Assembly (NCBI RefSeq): GCF_003428155.1
Contig: NZ_QLIR01000026.1
Location: 1 to 22,140, forward strand
Direction: 5' to 3'
Length of the DNA: 22,140 bases
From: Fastidiosibacter lacustris
GTDB lineage: Bacteria; Pseudomonadota; Gammaproteobacteria; Francisellales; Francisellaceae
The notes under the pieces are model-generated. The model made no database searches. It was given only the letters and a program-made list of their open reading frames with translations, and was not told the origin of the DNA. Positions 7,922 through 18,041 of this stretch are shown here, piece after piece. How positions within the stretch are numbered: the first letter of the stretch is position 1; every line of letters starts with the position of its first letter. The translations under genes were made by a program, and so were the position numbers.

Positions 7922-9256
7922 TTATTCACCACTAATGTTACATGTGCTAATTAGTAAAGAACCTGTACGAATATGCGAAAATGTATCAATATCTTCCCCC
8001 ATGGCAACAATGTTATGAAATAGATCTGTTAAATTCCCAGCGATGGTAAAATTGTCAATTGGGTATTGGATGATACCATTTTCAATATAATACCCCATCG
8101 CACCTTGTGAATAGTCTCCTGTTGTGAGATTAAAGCCTTGTCCCATTATTTCATGAATGATAATGCCTTTATCCATTTTTTTAATAAGAGCATCAAGTGA
8201 TATGGTTTGGGTACTGTTAACAATTACATTACTAACCCCTCCTGAGTTACCTGTAGTTGTTGAATTTAACTGACGTGCACTATAGCTATTTAATAGATAG
8301 CGTTTAAGTTTGCCATTGACAATAATGGGGTTTTCACCAAAATTGACTCCCTCGTCATCATAAGGTTGATTTCCTAAACCATTTTTAATATTTGGGTTTT
8401 CAATCAAACTCATATTTTGACTTAAAATATCATAATCAAGTTTATTCAGTAAAAAGGTATCTTTGTGATATTGATGTCCCCCTTTTATCGCAGATAACAA
8501 TGTTTTCCAGAATATACGTGCAATGGCAGGGGAGAGCAAAATAGGTAAACGTTGACTCTTAATTTTCTTTGGATTTCGTCTATTTAAAGTGCGTTCAATT
8601 GCAAGGTTTGCGATTTCTTGAATAGTTGGTAAAGCAAAGAAGTCATAAGCACTAAAATACGCATTATCACGTTGCATGCCATGCTTGTCTTTAGCAATAA
8701 GTCCAATACCGATACTATGACGTGTTTCAGGATAAACGTGTATAAAGCCATAGCTATTAGCAAAACCATGTATGATTTCAAAACTGTTGATATCCACGCC
8801 TTCAGAATGGAAAATGCTTTTTTGACTAACTGCTAGTTGCTCACATGTTTTGGCATGTTCAATGGTTTTTTCAATGCTAAAGTCCACAATGGGACAGTAT
8901 AGTTCAGGCATCTTTTGTGGTTCACATAAAAAAGCTTTATCAACGATGCCAGCAAAGGGGTCAACTTCTGTATATTGAGCAATCGCCGTGGCACTATCAA
9001 TAATTGATTGAATGCTTTTATCACTTAGATCAGAAGTTTCAGCATAGCCTGTTTTGCCTTGATGATAAACGGTTACACTAAGTTGTTGAGTAACATTAAA
9101 TTCAAGTGTTTGAGTTTGTAAATCACGTACAGCGATGACGTGCCCTTGGTTATAACTACAGCTTATTTCAAAGGCATCAATATTTTTGTGTTGTAAACGC
9201 TCATAAGTACTGGTAAGTACCGTTTTGATGTAAGATAGTTTGTCTAAGATTAACAT
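7922..9256 (-). CDS. pmbA: Metalloprotease PmbA (TldE)
   Basis: 444 aa with PmbA/TldD-family architecture. The HExxxGH motif of TldD is absent, which fits PmbA. The C-terminal GDYS.GA.G..IENG motif is present. Confidence 0.85.
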   Translation of the reverse strand: MLILDKLSYIKTVLTSTYERLQHKNIDAFEISCSYNQGHVIAVRDLQTQTLEFNVTQQLSVTVYHQGKTGYAETSDLSDKSIQSIIDSATAIAQYTEVDPFAGIVDKAFLCEPQKMPELYCPIVDFSIEKTIEHAKTCEQLAVSQKSIFHSEGVDINSFEIIHGFANSYGFIHVYPETRHSIGIGLIAKDKHGMQRDNAYFSAYDFFALPTIQEIANLAIERTLNRRNPKKIKSQRLPILLSPAIARIFWKTLLSAIKGGHQYHKDTFLLNKLDYDILSQNMSLIENPNIKNGLGNQPYDDEGVNFGENPIIVNGKLKRYLLNSYSARQLNSTTTGNSGGVSNVIVNSTQTISLDALIKKMDKGIIIHEIMGQGFNLTTGDYSQGAMGYYIENGIIQYPIDNFTIAGNLTDLFHNIVAMGEDIDTFSHIRTGSLLISTCNISGE

Positions 9257-9330
9257 GGCTGGCTATTTATAATCTCTTTTATTAAGTAAGGATGAATGAC
9301 AATCATTATCTAGAATCAACCTAAAGATAG

Positions 9331-10824
<1,494 letters not shown>

Positions 10825-10856
10825 CACTTTGTAATATAAATTAAAAAGGATAAAAA

Positions 10857-11858
10857 ATGATTTTAATTACGGGTGGTACAGGCTTTATTGGCTCACATAC
10901 TGTAGTCGAGTTTATTACGATAGGGCTTGATGTTATCATTATCGATAACCTATACAATAGCTCACAAGTTATAATAGATCGCATTTATGAGATAACAGGC
11001 ACAAAGCCAATTTTTGTCAAAGGAGATATCCGTGATAAGGCATTTTTAATAAGTATTTTTGAGCAATATCCAATTGAAATGGTCATTCATTTTGCAGCCT
11101 TAAAAGCAGTGGGTGAAAGTGTTTTGAAACCCTTGGAATATTATGATAACAATGTTTCTGGTACGCTAAACTTACTCAATGTCATGTACGATAGAGGTAT
11201 TAAGAAATTTGTATTTAGCTCTTCTGCTACGGTTTATGGTAATCCTCATGAGATTCCAATAACAGAAAATTGCCCGATTGGTACACCAATAAACCCTTAT
11301 GGACAGTCTAAAGTCATAATCGAGAAAATCTTGCAAGATTTATCATTTGCAGATAAAGAATGGTCCATTGCAATCTTACGTTATTTTAACCCAATCGGGG
11401 CACATGAAAGTGGATTGATTGGAGAGTTACCAAATGGTATTCCTAATAATTTATTGCCTTATATTACCAAAGTAGCCAGTGGTAAATTGCCAAAATTATC
11501 GGTATTTGGAAATGATTACAATACAAAAGATGGTACAGGTGTACGTGATTATATTCATGTTGTGGATTTAGCTAATGGTCATTTAAAAGCTTATGATTAT
11601 ATTAAGGATAAAAACGGTTGTTACGTTTGGAATTTAGGTACAGGTAAAGGCTATTCAGTGCTTGAAATTATTAAAGCATTTGAGACAGCATCAAAGCAAA
11701 AAGTCCCATTTCAAATTAAATCCAAACGAGCAGGTGATATTGATGAATGTTGGGCAGACTGCGCTAAAGCGCAAAAGGAGCTTAACTGGCAGGCAAAAAG
11801 AGATATTTATACAATGATGGTTGATAGTTGGCGTTGGCAGTGTAACCAAAGTAAATAA
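10857..11858 (+). CDS. galE: UDP-glucose 4-epimerase
   Basis: 333 aa. It contains ILITGGTGFIGSH (NAD-binding), SSSATVYG and the YGQSK catalytic YxxxK. It is a typical short-chain-dehydrogenase-type GalE. Confidence 0.9.
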   Translation: MILITGGTGFIGSHTVVEFITIGLDVIIIDNLYNSSQVIIDRIYEITGTKPIFVKGDIRDKAFLISIFEQYPIEMVIHFAALKAVGESVLKPLEYYDNNVSGTLNLLNVMYDRGIKKFVFSSSATVYGNPHEIPITENCPIGTPINPYGQSKVIIEKILQDLSFADKEWSIAILRYFNPIGAHESGLIGELPNGIPNNLLPYITKVASGKLPKLSVFGNDYNTKDGTGVRDYIHVVDLANGHLKAYDYIKDKNGCYVWNLGTGKGYSVLEIIKAFETASKQKVPFQIKSKRAGDIDECWADCAKAQKELNWQAKRDIYTMMVDSWRWQCNQSK

Positions 11859-12077
11859 ATGGTTAGTTGACAAACGTGATATTATTTAGGAAAGTTGTTC
11901 AACAAATAGAGATAAGTAAGGATACCCCTATTATCAAGCTTGCATTGGAGGCGATGTTTGAAACTCATGAATCATTTACCTGCTGGCAGATATGCCATCA
12001 TTTGAAATAATTAAGGTAAGTCATATGTTTTTAGCTGTGCCTAAAGTGATCACTTGCTATCAGATGACCAAGAGGTA

Positions 12078-14654
12078 TTACTGTTGTAATTCTTTAGAAA
12101 TAAAACCTTGTGAGTTGACATCAACAGCAGCAGAATATTCGATAAATAGAGCTTTGCGTGTATTTTTACGTGGACGAGCTTTTTTATCTTGCACCTTTGG
12201 TTTTTTAATTTTCTGTTCTTCTGAGTTATCTGATTCTTTCATGTTATTATCAGCATCCGAGCTTTGAATTGTTGCTTCATCAACAATAACATCAAATACC
12301 TCATCATCTGTACCTTCATTATCATGTTCAACTACAATAACGTCATCTTCTGATGGTACTTGACCTTTTAAAACTTCTTCTTTAGCTAATTCAGTAATGT
12401 TAATGACTTCAAAGGTTAGATATTTCGTTTTGTTTGTATGGGCAGAGTGCGTTTCAATTTGAGTAGCTTTACCACTACTTAAAGTATTAGCTTCAGTTAA
12501 TACTTTCCTCACCATCAGTGAAATTTTTTCTTCAGGAGTGGTTGAAATGGTCTTCATCATGGCTTTCTCTTTAGCAGCCTTAATTGCTTCTGGAGACTCT
12601 TTTTTCAAGATGGAAATATTAATCACTTCTTCACTTTGATGAACTTGTAAACGTTGATTTGGTCTATTATTACGTCCGTTTAGTTTGTTGGCATTGCGAT
12701 CGCGCTCATTACTTTGTTGGCTATTTTGCTCACGTTTTTGCTTTATTGCAACGTTATCACTTTTATCGCTTTGCTGTTGACGATTTTGCTTATTGCCCCG
12801 ATCATTATTATCACGAATATTTCGATCGTTGCGTTGTTCATTACATTGATCTTTATTGGAGTTTTCTTTGTTAATATGCTTATGATTAGATTTTTCTTTT
12901 TCGTTTTGTTTTTCGGAGAAGAAAAAGGACATTAATTTTACCAAAAGATTTTTTTGAACTTGATTTTTTTGATTTTTCTCATGCTTATCGATTTGTTTTT
13001 GAGGCACTTGTCGGTTTAGTTTTTGATTGCTCTTGTTGTTTGCCTTATCAAGTTCATCTGAGTTTAGAGTTTGATTAACTGATTTTAATGCAGGTTGTTT
13101 CGATTTGTCGTGCTTAGGTGTCTTGTATAATTGGACATTTTGCTCTTCCTCAATCAAATTATAGCTTGGGCGATTAGTCGTGTAAGCCTCTCCCCATATT
13201 CGTTGAATGTTATAATGCGGTGATTGTAAGTTTGCATTTGGAATCAAGAGTACCTTAGTGTTAGTGCCTTCCTCAATTTGTGATAATTCATCGCGTTTTT
13301 CGTTCAATAAAAAGGTAGCAACATCGATTGGCAATTGAACACGTAGTTCATTTGTTTTCTCGCGCAATGCTTCAGCGTGAACGTTACGTAAAATGGATAG
13401 TGCAAGTGATGGGATGGAGCGAATAAAGCCATGACCCTCACAACGAGGACAAGCGTGCATCACAGATTCACCTAGAGATGCTTGCAAGCGCTGGCGAGAA
13501 ATTTCAACTAAGCCAAACTTAGAAATACGCGTCATTTGAATCTTAGCACGATCACTGTATAATGCATCGACCAGCTTTTGCTCAACGGCTTTTTGGTTAG
13601 GGAAGAATGCCATATCGATAAAGTCAACGACGATTAGACCTCCAAGATCACGTAAGCGCAATTGTCTAGCAATTTCTTCAGCTGCTTCAAGATTAGTAGC
13701 CAACGCAGTTTCTTCAATATTGTCGCCCTTTGTGGCACGTGCAGAGTTAATATCGATAGCGGTTAAAGCTTCGGTTGTGTCAATGACAATCGATCCACCA
13801 GAAGGCAAGTGTACTTCACGCTTAAAAGCGCTTTCGATCTGCTTTTCGATTTGAAAAGCATTAAAAAGAGAAAGCTCTTTTTTGTATAGCTGTAAACGTG
13901 AGATAAAGTGAGGACGCAGCATAGATAGCTGGCGTTTTAAATCCTCAAAAGCTTCTTCATCATCAATAATAATCTCATTAATATCTTCTTTTAAGTGATC
14001 ACGAATGGCACGAATGGTAATGTCGCTTTCTTTGTGAATCAAAAAAGGTGCTTTACGCTGGTAAGAAACGCGTTTTATCGCGTCCCATAGGTTAATTAAT
14101 GTATCAAGGTCGGCTTGAATCTCTTCTGCTGAGCGATCTACCCCAGCGGTACGAATAATAACTCCCATATTGTTTGGAATGGTAAGAGAATCAAATAAAG
14201 TCTTAAGTTTTTGACGTTCATCACCTTCGATACGGCGTGAGATTCCGCCAGCACTTGGGTTATTTGGCATAAGCACCATATAGCAACCTGCAAGCGTAAT
14301 AAAGGTGCTAAGAGCAGCGCCTTTTGTGCCACGCTCTTCTTTAGCGATTTGCACGATAAGCTCTTGACCAACATCAAGTAATTCGTTTAATGGTGTATTA
14401 GGATCTTTGGTTGTTTTCTTGAAATACTCAGGTGATATTTCTTTATAGGGCAAAAAGCCGTTTTTATCTTCACCATAGTTTACAAATACGGCATTTAAGC
14501 TAGGCTCAATGCGTGAAATTTTTGCTTTGTAAATGTTAGCTTTCTTTTGTTCTCTGTCAACGCTTTCAATATCTAAATCTAACAACTGATTGTTGTCGAC
14601 AATAGCAATACGCGTTTCTTCTGCTTGGCGCGCATTGATCAGCATTTTTTTCAT
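12078..14654 (-). CDS. rne: Ribonuclease E
   Basis: I trimmed the start to the ATG at 14654. MKKMLINARQAEETRIAIVD aligns with E. coli MKRMLINATQQEELRVALVD. The S1 domain (NIYKAKISRIEPSLNAVFVNYG), VVDFIDM and the Zn-link CPRCEGHG are present. The C-terminal half is low-complexity (Asn, Gln, Lys, Arg-rich) and includes an amphipathic NLLVKLMSFFF segment. Total length is 858 aa. Confidence 0.93.
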   Translation of the reverse strand: MKKMLINARQAEETRIAIVDNNQLLDLDIESVDREQKKANIYKAKISRIEPSLNAVFVNYGEDKNGFLPYKEISPEYFKKTTKDPNTPLNELLDVGQELIVQIAKEERGTKGAALSTFITLAGCYMVLMPNNPSAGGISRRIEGDERQKLKTLFDSLTIPNNMGVIIRTAGVDRSAEEIQADLDTLINLWDAIKRVSYQRKAPFLIHKESDITIRAIRDHLKEDINEIIIDDEEAFEDLKRQLSMLRPHFISRLQLYKKELSLFNAFQIEKQIESAFKREVHLPSGGSIVIDTTEALTAIDINSARATKGDNIEETALATNLEAAEEIARQLRLRDLGGLIVVDFIDMAFFPNQKAVEQKLVDALYSDRAKIQMTRISKFGLVEISRQRLQASLGESVMHACPRCEGHGFIRSIPSLALSILRNVHAEALREKTNELRVQLPIDVATFLLNEKRDELSQIEEGTNTKVLLIPNANLQSPHYNIQRIWGEAYTTNRPSYNLIEEEQNVQLYKTPKHDKSKQPALKSVNQTLNSDELDKANNKSNQKLNRQVPQKQIDKHEKNQKNQVQKNLLVKLMSFFFSEKQNEKEKSNHKHINKENSNKDQCNEQRNDRNIRDNNDRGNKQNRQQQSDKSDNVAIKQKREQNSQQSNERDRNANKLNGRNNRPNQRLQVHQSEEVINISILKKESPEAIKAAKEKAMMKTISTTPEEKISLMVRKVLTEANTLSSGKATQIETHSAHTNKTKYLTFEVINITELAKEEVLKGQVPSEDDVIVVEHDNEGTDDEVFDVIVDEATIQSSDADNNMKESDNSEEQKIKKPKVQDKKARPRKNTRKALFIEYSAAVDVNSQGFISKELQQ

Positions 14655-14664
14655 AAATTGGTAT

Positions 14665-14691
14665 CCTTTTAAATAATTGATGTTTAAAAGG
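14665..14691 (-). promoter_or_regulatory. Stem-loop in the rne leader that includes the Shine-Dalgarno sequence
   Basis: The mRNA sense reads CCUUUUAAA-caucaauua-UUUAAAAGG, a perfect 9-bp stem with a 9-nt loop. The AAGGA SD overlaps the 3' arm and lies 9 nt upstream of the ATG at 14654. Confidence 0.4.
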
Positions 14692-15561
14692 CATAATGGC
14701 GAGAGATAAGTAGTAAAAAGACGATGTTTGATTGGATAGAGCATATGCTTGTGTTTGGTTAGTTAAAACCTGTATTAAGCAAACTAATATTGTTATCATT
14801 GTTATAAAAATCGTCATCATTGTGTTTTTTGTTACATCAGTTGGTTATGTAAGCTTGCACAAAAAGCTACTTATTTTCTTATTATCATGCCTTTTGTGTG
14901 ATTTAACGTTTAATTTTTTAACTCAGGCTTGTAATGGCTTAAGGTAAGCTTTAAGAGCATTGTTTTTACTCTTTATTAAAATCATCTAAATCAGCATGGG
15001 TACTGCGCTTATTGCAAAGTCGATCAATAGATTTGCAACAAGACACCTCATCATTTGCTCTATTATACATTAAATAACTGTTACTTTAACCAGTTACTCA
15101 TGTTTATTTATGGCAAACAAAATGTGGATCTTGGAGAATTCTCTGCTGGTTGGGGTTGTTTCCTATTTAGTGCTTGTTTGTGCACAGATTGTCCCCATAG
15201 AGTACTACAGCCAAAGTCCATACTAAAATTCGTTTTCATTTTTGGTTGGCAAAGTCAAGTTTGCTTAGCAAAAACAGTTATATTCTAGCAAAACTTACCT
15301 ATGAATAAAAGTGCAATTGTCAAGTGCTTATAATATTTTTCAAGCATTCTATGAAAATTACAACAAAGTTTAGAGAAGTTAGAAACAAGGATGAAGATGA
15401 GTTAGTTAGGACTATAGACTATAGCAAGTTGTTGGCAAGGACTTTAATCTGCAAAAAATAAATTAAGGTAGAATCAAAAAGTAAAGAATGCAAAACGTAA
15501 TAAAACTTTTGATGGAGTGTGTGGTATTATCAACAGGGTTAAATAAATAGATGGTTAGAGT

Positions 15562-16467
15562 ATGGTGAGATTATATGCAGGAATAGAAGCAGGAGGTACA
15601 AAATTTGTTTGTGGTATTTGTGATGACCGAGGTGAAGTCATTGAAAAAGCACAGTTTCATACTGAAGCACCTAAAGAAACACTAGCAAACGTCATTCGTT
15701 TTTTTAAACCATTTGAATTTACAGCAATGGGTGTTGGTTCATTTGGTCCTGTGTGTGTTGATAAAGCACATCCAAAATATGGTATGATTTTGAATACGCC
15801 TAAACTTAATTGGCGTAACTTTAATTTATACCAAGCTTTATCATCAGCTTTCCCAAGTTGTGCAATTAAGCTTGATACCGATGTGAATGTAGCAGCGTTA
15901 GGTGAACAGCGTTTTGGTGCAGCAAGAGGTTTAACGGATTTTGTTTATCTAACGATAGGAACAGGGATTGGCGGTGGTGTCCTTATTGATGGAAAAATGC
16001 TACATGGTTTAACCCATCCTGAGATGGGGCACGTATTAGTGAGAAAAAGTAATAAAGACTTGGAAGAATTTAATGGAATTTGTCCAAGTCACAAAAATTG
16101 TTTAGAGGGTATGGCATCAGGACCTGCATTAAACATGCGCTGGCAAGTGGCAAGTTGTAGTGTACTACCAAAAGATCATATCGCTTGGGAGATAGAATCC
16201 GATTATTTAGCACAAGCTTTAATGAATTATGTTTTAGTCTTATCTCCACAGAAAATTATTTTAGGAGGTGGAGTGATGAAGCAGATACAGTTGTTTCCTT
16301 TGATTAGGCAAAAGTTAAAAACGTTGTTAAATGGGTATGTTCAACATCAGAATTTAGAAGAATATTTAGATGACTTTATTGTGCCATCAGAGCTAGATGG
16401 TGATGCAGGGCTAAAGGGTGCATGTGCGTTAGCAATAGATATCCAAGACTCATTAGCTAATAGTTGA
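15562..16467 (+). CDS. ROK-family fructokinase/sugar kinase
   Basis: 301 aa. It has the N-terminal GIEAGGTKF ATP-binding motif, LTIGTGIGGG, and the zinc motif HPEMGH...CPSHKNCLEG typical of ROK fructokinases (Mak/GmuE-like). Confidence 0.8.
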   Translation: MVRLYAGIEAGGTKFVCGICDDRGEVIEKAQFHTEAPKETLANVIRFFKPFEFTAMGVGSFGPVCVDKAHPKYGMILNTPKLNWRNFNLYQALSSAFPSCAIKLDTDVNVAALGEQRFGAARGLTDFVYLTIGTGIGGGVLIDGKMLHGLTHPEMGHVLVRKSNKDLEEFNGICPSHKNCLEGMASGPALNMRWQVASCSVLPKDHIAWEIESDYLAQALMNYVLVLSPQKIILGGGVMKQIQLFPLIRQKLKTLLNGYVQHQNLEEYLDDFIVPSELDGDAGLKGACALAIDIQDSLANS

Positions 16468-16495
16468 ATAAAATACAGACTTAAAGGATGAAAAA

Positions 16496-16720
16496 ATGCA
16501 TTTAATTGGATATTTGCTATTAATTATTATATTTTTGATTGTTTGTGCATTAGCAGTATTAAATGCTCAACAAGTAACATTTAACTATTTATTAGGATCA
16601 TTAAATTTACCATTGATATTGTTATTATTGATAGTTTTTGTATCAGGTTTAATAATTGGCATGTTGTTGATACTTCTGTCACGAATAAAGTGCAAAGTTA
16701 ACAAGGCGCAATCTGTATGA
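16496..16720 (+). CDS. lapA: LapA (YciS/DUF1049)-like small inner-membrane protein
   Basis: 74 aa with two TM helices, the length and topology of the lipopolysaccharide assembly protein A family. Its stop overlaps the tsaD start (ATGA at 16717-16720). Confidence 0.5.
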   Translation: MHLIGYLLLIIIFLIVCALAVLNAQQVTFNYLLGSLNLPLILLLLIVFVSGLIIGMLLILLSRIKCKVNKAQSV

Positions 16721-17748
16721 TTGTATTAGGAATAGAAACTTCATGTGATGAAACAGGTATTGCAATTTATGATGGTGAAAAACATAAGCTTTTAGCTAAT
16801 GTACTTTATAGTCAAATTGATTTACATGCGCAGTATGGCGGTGTTGTGCCTGAGCTTGCCTCTAGAGATCATGTGGCAAAGCTTATGCCATTGACAAAAC
16901 AAGCATTAAAAGAAGCAGAACTATCGTTGAAAGATATTGAAGCTGTGGCCTATACAGCAATGCCAGGCTTGGTAGGTGCACTTATGGTTGGCGCAGCATT
17001 TGCTAAAACCTTAAGTTTTATGTGTAACATCCCCGCTATAGCCATTCATCATTTAGAAGGACATTTACTGGCCCCATTACTAAGTGATAACCAAAAGCCA
17101 GTGTATCCCTATATTGCTTTATTGGTGTCAGGGGGGCATACTCAGCTGATCAAGGTTAATGATTTTGGTTGCTATCAGTTATTGGGAGAGTCTGTAGATG
17201 ATGCAGCAGGTGAAGCTTTTGATAAAACAGCAAAGCTATTGGGTTTGCCCTATCCAGGTGGACCACATCTTGCAAAATTAGCCGAACGAGGGCGGAAGGA
17301 AGTGTTTTATTTTCCTCGTCCCATGTGTGATCGCTCAGGACTTGATTTTAGCTTTAGTGGTTTAAAGACCGCTGTTTTAAATACTTGGCAAGGACAAATA
17401 GAACAGAATGATATTATTAAAGCTGACATTGCATGTGCGTTTCAAGAAGCCATAATTGAAACGATTGCTATAAAATGTAAACGTGCACTAAAACAAACAA
17501 ATGTTAAACATTTAGTGGTCTCGGGTGGTGTGAGTGCAAATAAGCAATTGCGTATCATGTTAAAAGAAATCGCAAATAAGCATGATTGGCAAGTATTTTA
17601 TCCACCTCTTCAGTATTGTACTGATAATGGGGCAATGATTGCGATTGCCGGTGCTTATCGTCTTTTGCATGGCTATCGTGATCAGGATATGACAATACAG
17701 GTTAAGCCGAGGGCGTCGTTAAATAGCATCAGTATACGTTATGAGTAA
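16717..17748 (+). CDS. tsaD: tRNA N6-adenosine threonylcarbamoyltransferase TsaD (Gcp)
   Basis: 343 aa. It contains [55 protein letters not shown] and VSGGVSAN, all canonical TsaD/Kae1 motifs. Confidence 0.95.
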   Translation: MIVLGIETSCDETGIAIYDGEKHKLLANVLYSQIDLHAQYGGVVPELASRDHVAKLMPLTKQALKEAELSLKDIEAVAYTAMPGLVGALMVGAAFAKTLSFMCNIPAIAIHHLEGHLLAPLLSDNQKPVYPYIALLVSGGHTQLIKVNDFGCYQLLGESVDDAAGEAFDKTAKLLGLPYPGGPHLAKLAERGRKEVFYFPRPMCDRSGLDFSFSGLKTAVLNTWQGQIEQNDIIKADIACAFQEAIIETIAIKCKRALKQTNVKHLVVSGGVSANKQLRIMLKEIANKHDWQVFYPPLQYCTDNGAMIAIAGAYRLLHGYRDQDMTIQVKPRASLNSISIRYE

Positions 17749-18041
17749 CAAGTATTTTCCCCAAGTAAAACGATGCATTGTATGTTGAATGAAGTACTAT
17801 TTTTCTTGATTCTTACAACACGAAAAGTACCTAAATAAGCTGATAAATAGTTTAAAGGAAATATTTGATTAGCAGCTTTGACTTACGTTTAAAAACCATA
17901 TAAAAACTAACTCATGAGACCTGTCTATTCAAATAAAAAATTATTGTGTACAAAGGAGAGGGTAATGTGTTTGAAGCATTTCTTAGGTATACTATGCACA
18001 AAATACTATAGTAAAGTTTAAATTAGCAATTTGAGTATATA

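Noticed and set aside
5398-9024. Nested out-of-frame ORFs within gnd (5398-5673), the ferredoxin gene (6709-6918) and pmbA (8584-8781, 8833-9024)
   Set aside because: They are short, lie on the same strand but out of frame inside well-supported genes, and show no recognisable motifs. They are typical AT-rich-genome spurious ORFs. The same reasoning applies to 14138-14377 inside rne.
11691-12267. ORFs 11691-11873 (minus strand) and 11992-12267 (plus strand) around the galE/rne convergent gap
   Set aside because: They overlap the 3' ends of galE and rne on the opposite strand. They have no start signals and no similarity to anything I recognise.
12659-12935. Plus-strand ORFs (71 and 73 aa) opposite the rne C-terminal region
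   Set aside because: They are antisense to the low-complexity RNase E scaffold region. Their composition (Tyr, Phe, Ile, Leu, His runs) is just the complement of the Asn, Lys, Gln, Arg codons.
14655-14744. 30-codon N-terminal extension of the rne ORF (MLYPIKHRLF...)
   Set aside because: The conserved RNase E N-terminus, MKKMLINA, begins at the ATG at 14654 with an SD 9 nt upstream. The extension covers the leader hairpin.
14986-15054. 22-codon hydrophobic minus-strand ORF (MMRCLVANLLIDFAISAVPMLI) that could be a type I toxin or a leader peptide upstream of rne
   Set aside because: It has no convincing SD and I could find no antisense RNA signature. One such short hydrophobic ORF is expected by chance in 900 bp of AT-rich DNA.
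14566-15288. ORFs 14566-14820 (minus), 14732-14947 (plus) and 15055-15288 (plus) in the long rne upstream region
   Set aside because: They are AT-rich chance ORFs with no SD and implausible composition. The region is better read as rne leader plus eroded DNA.
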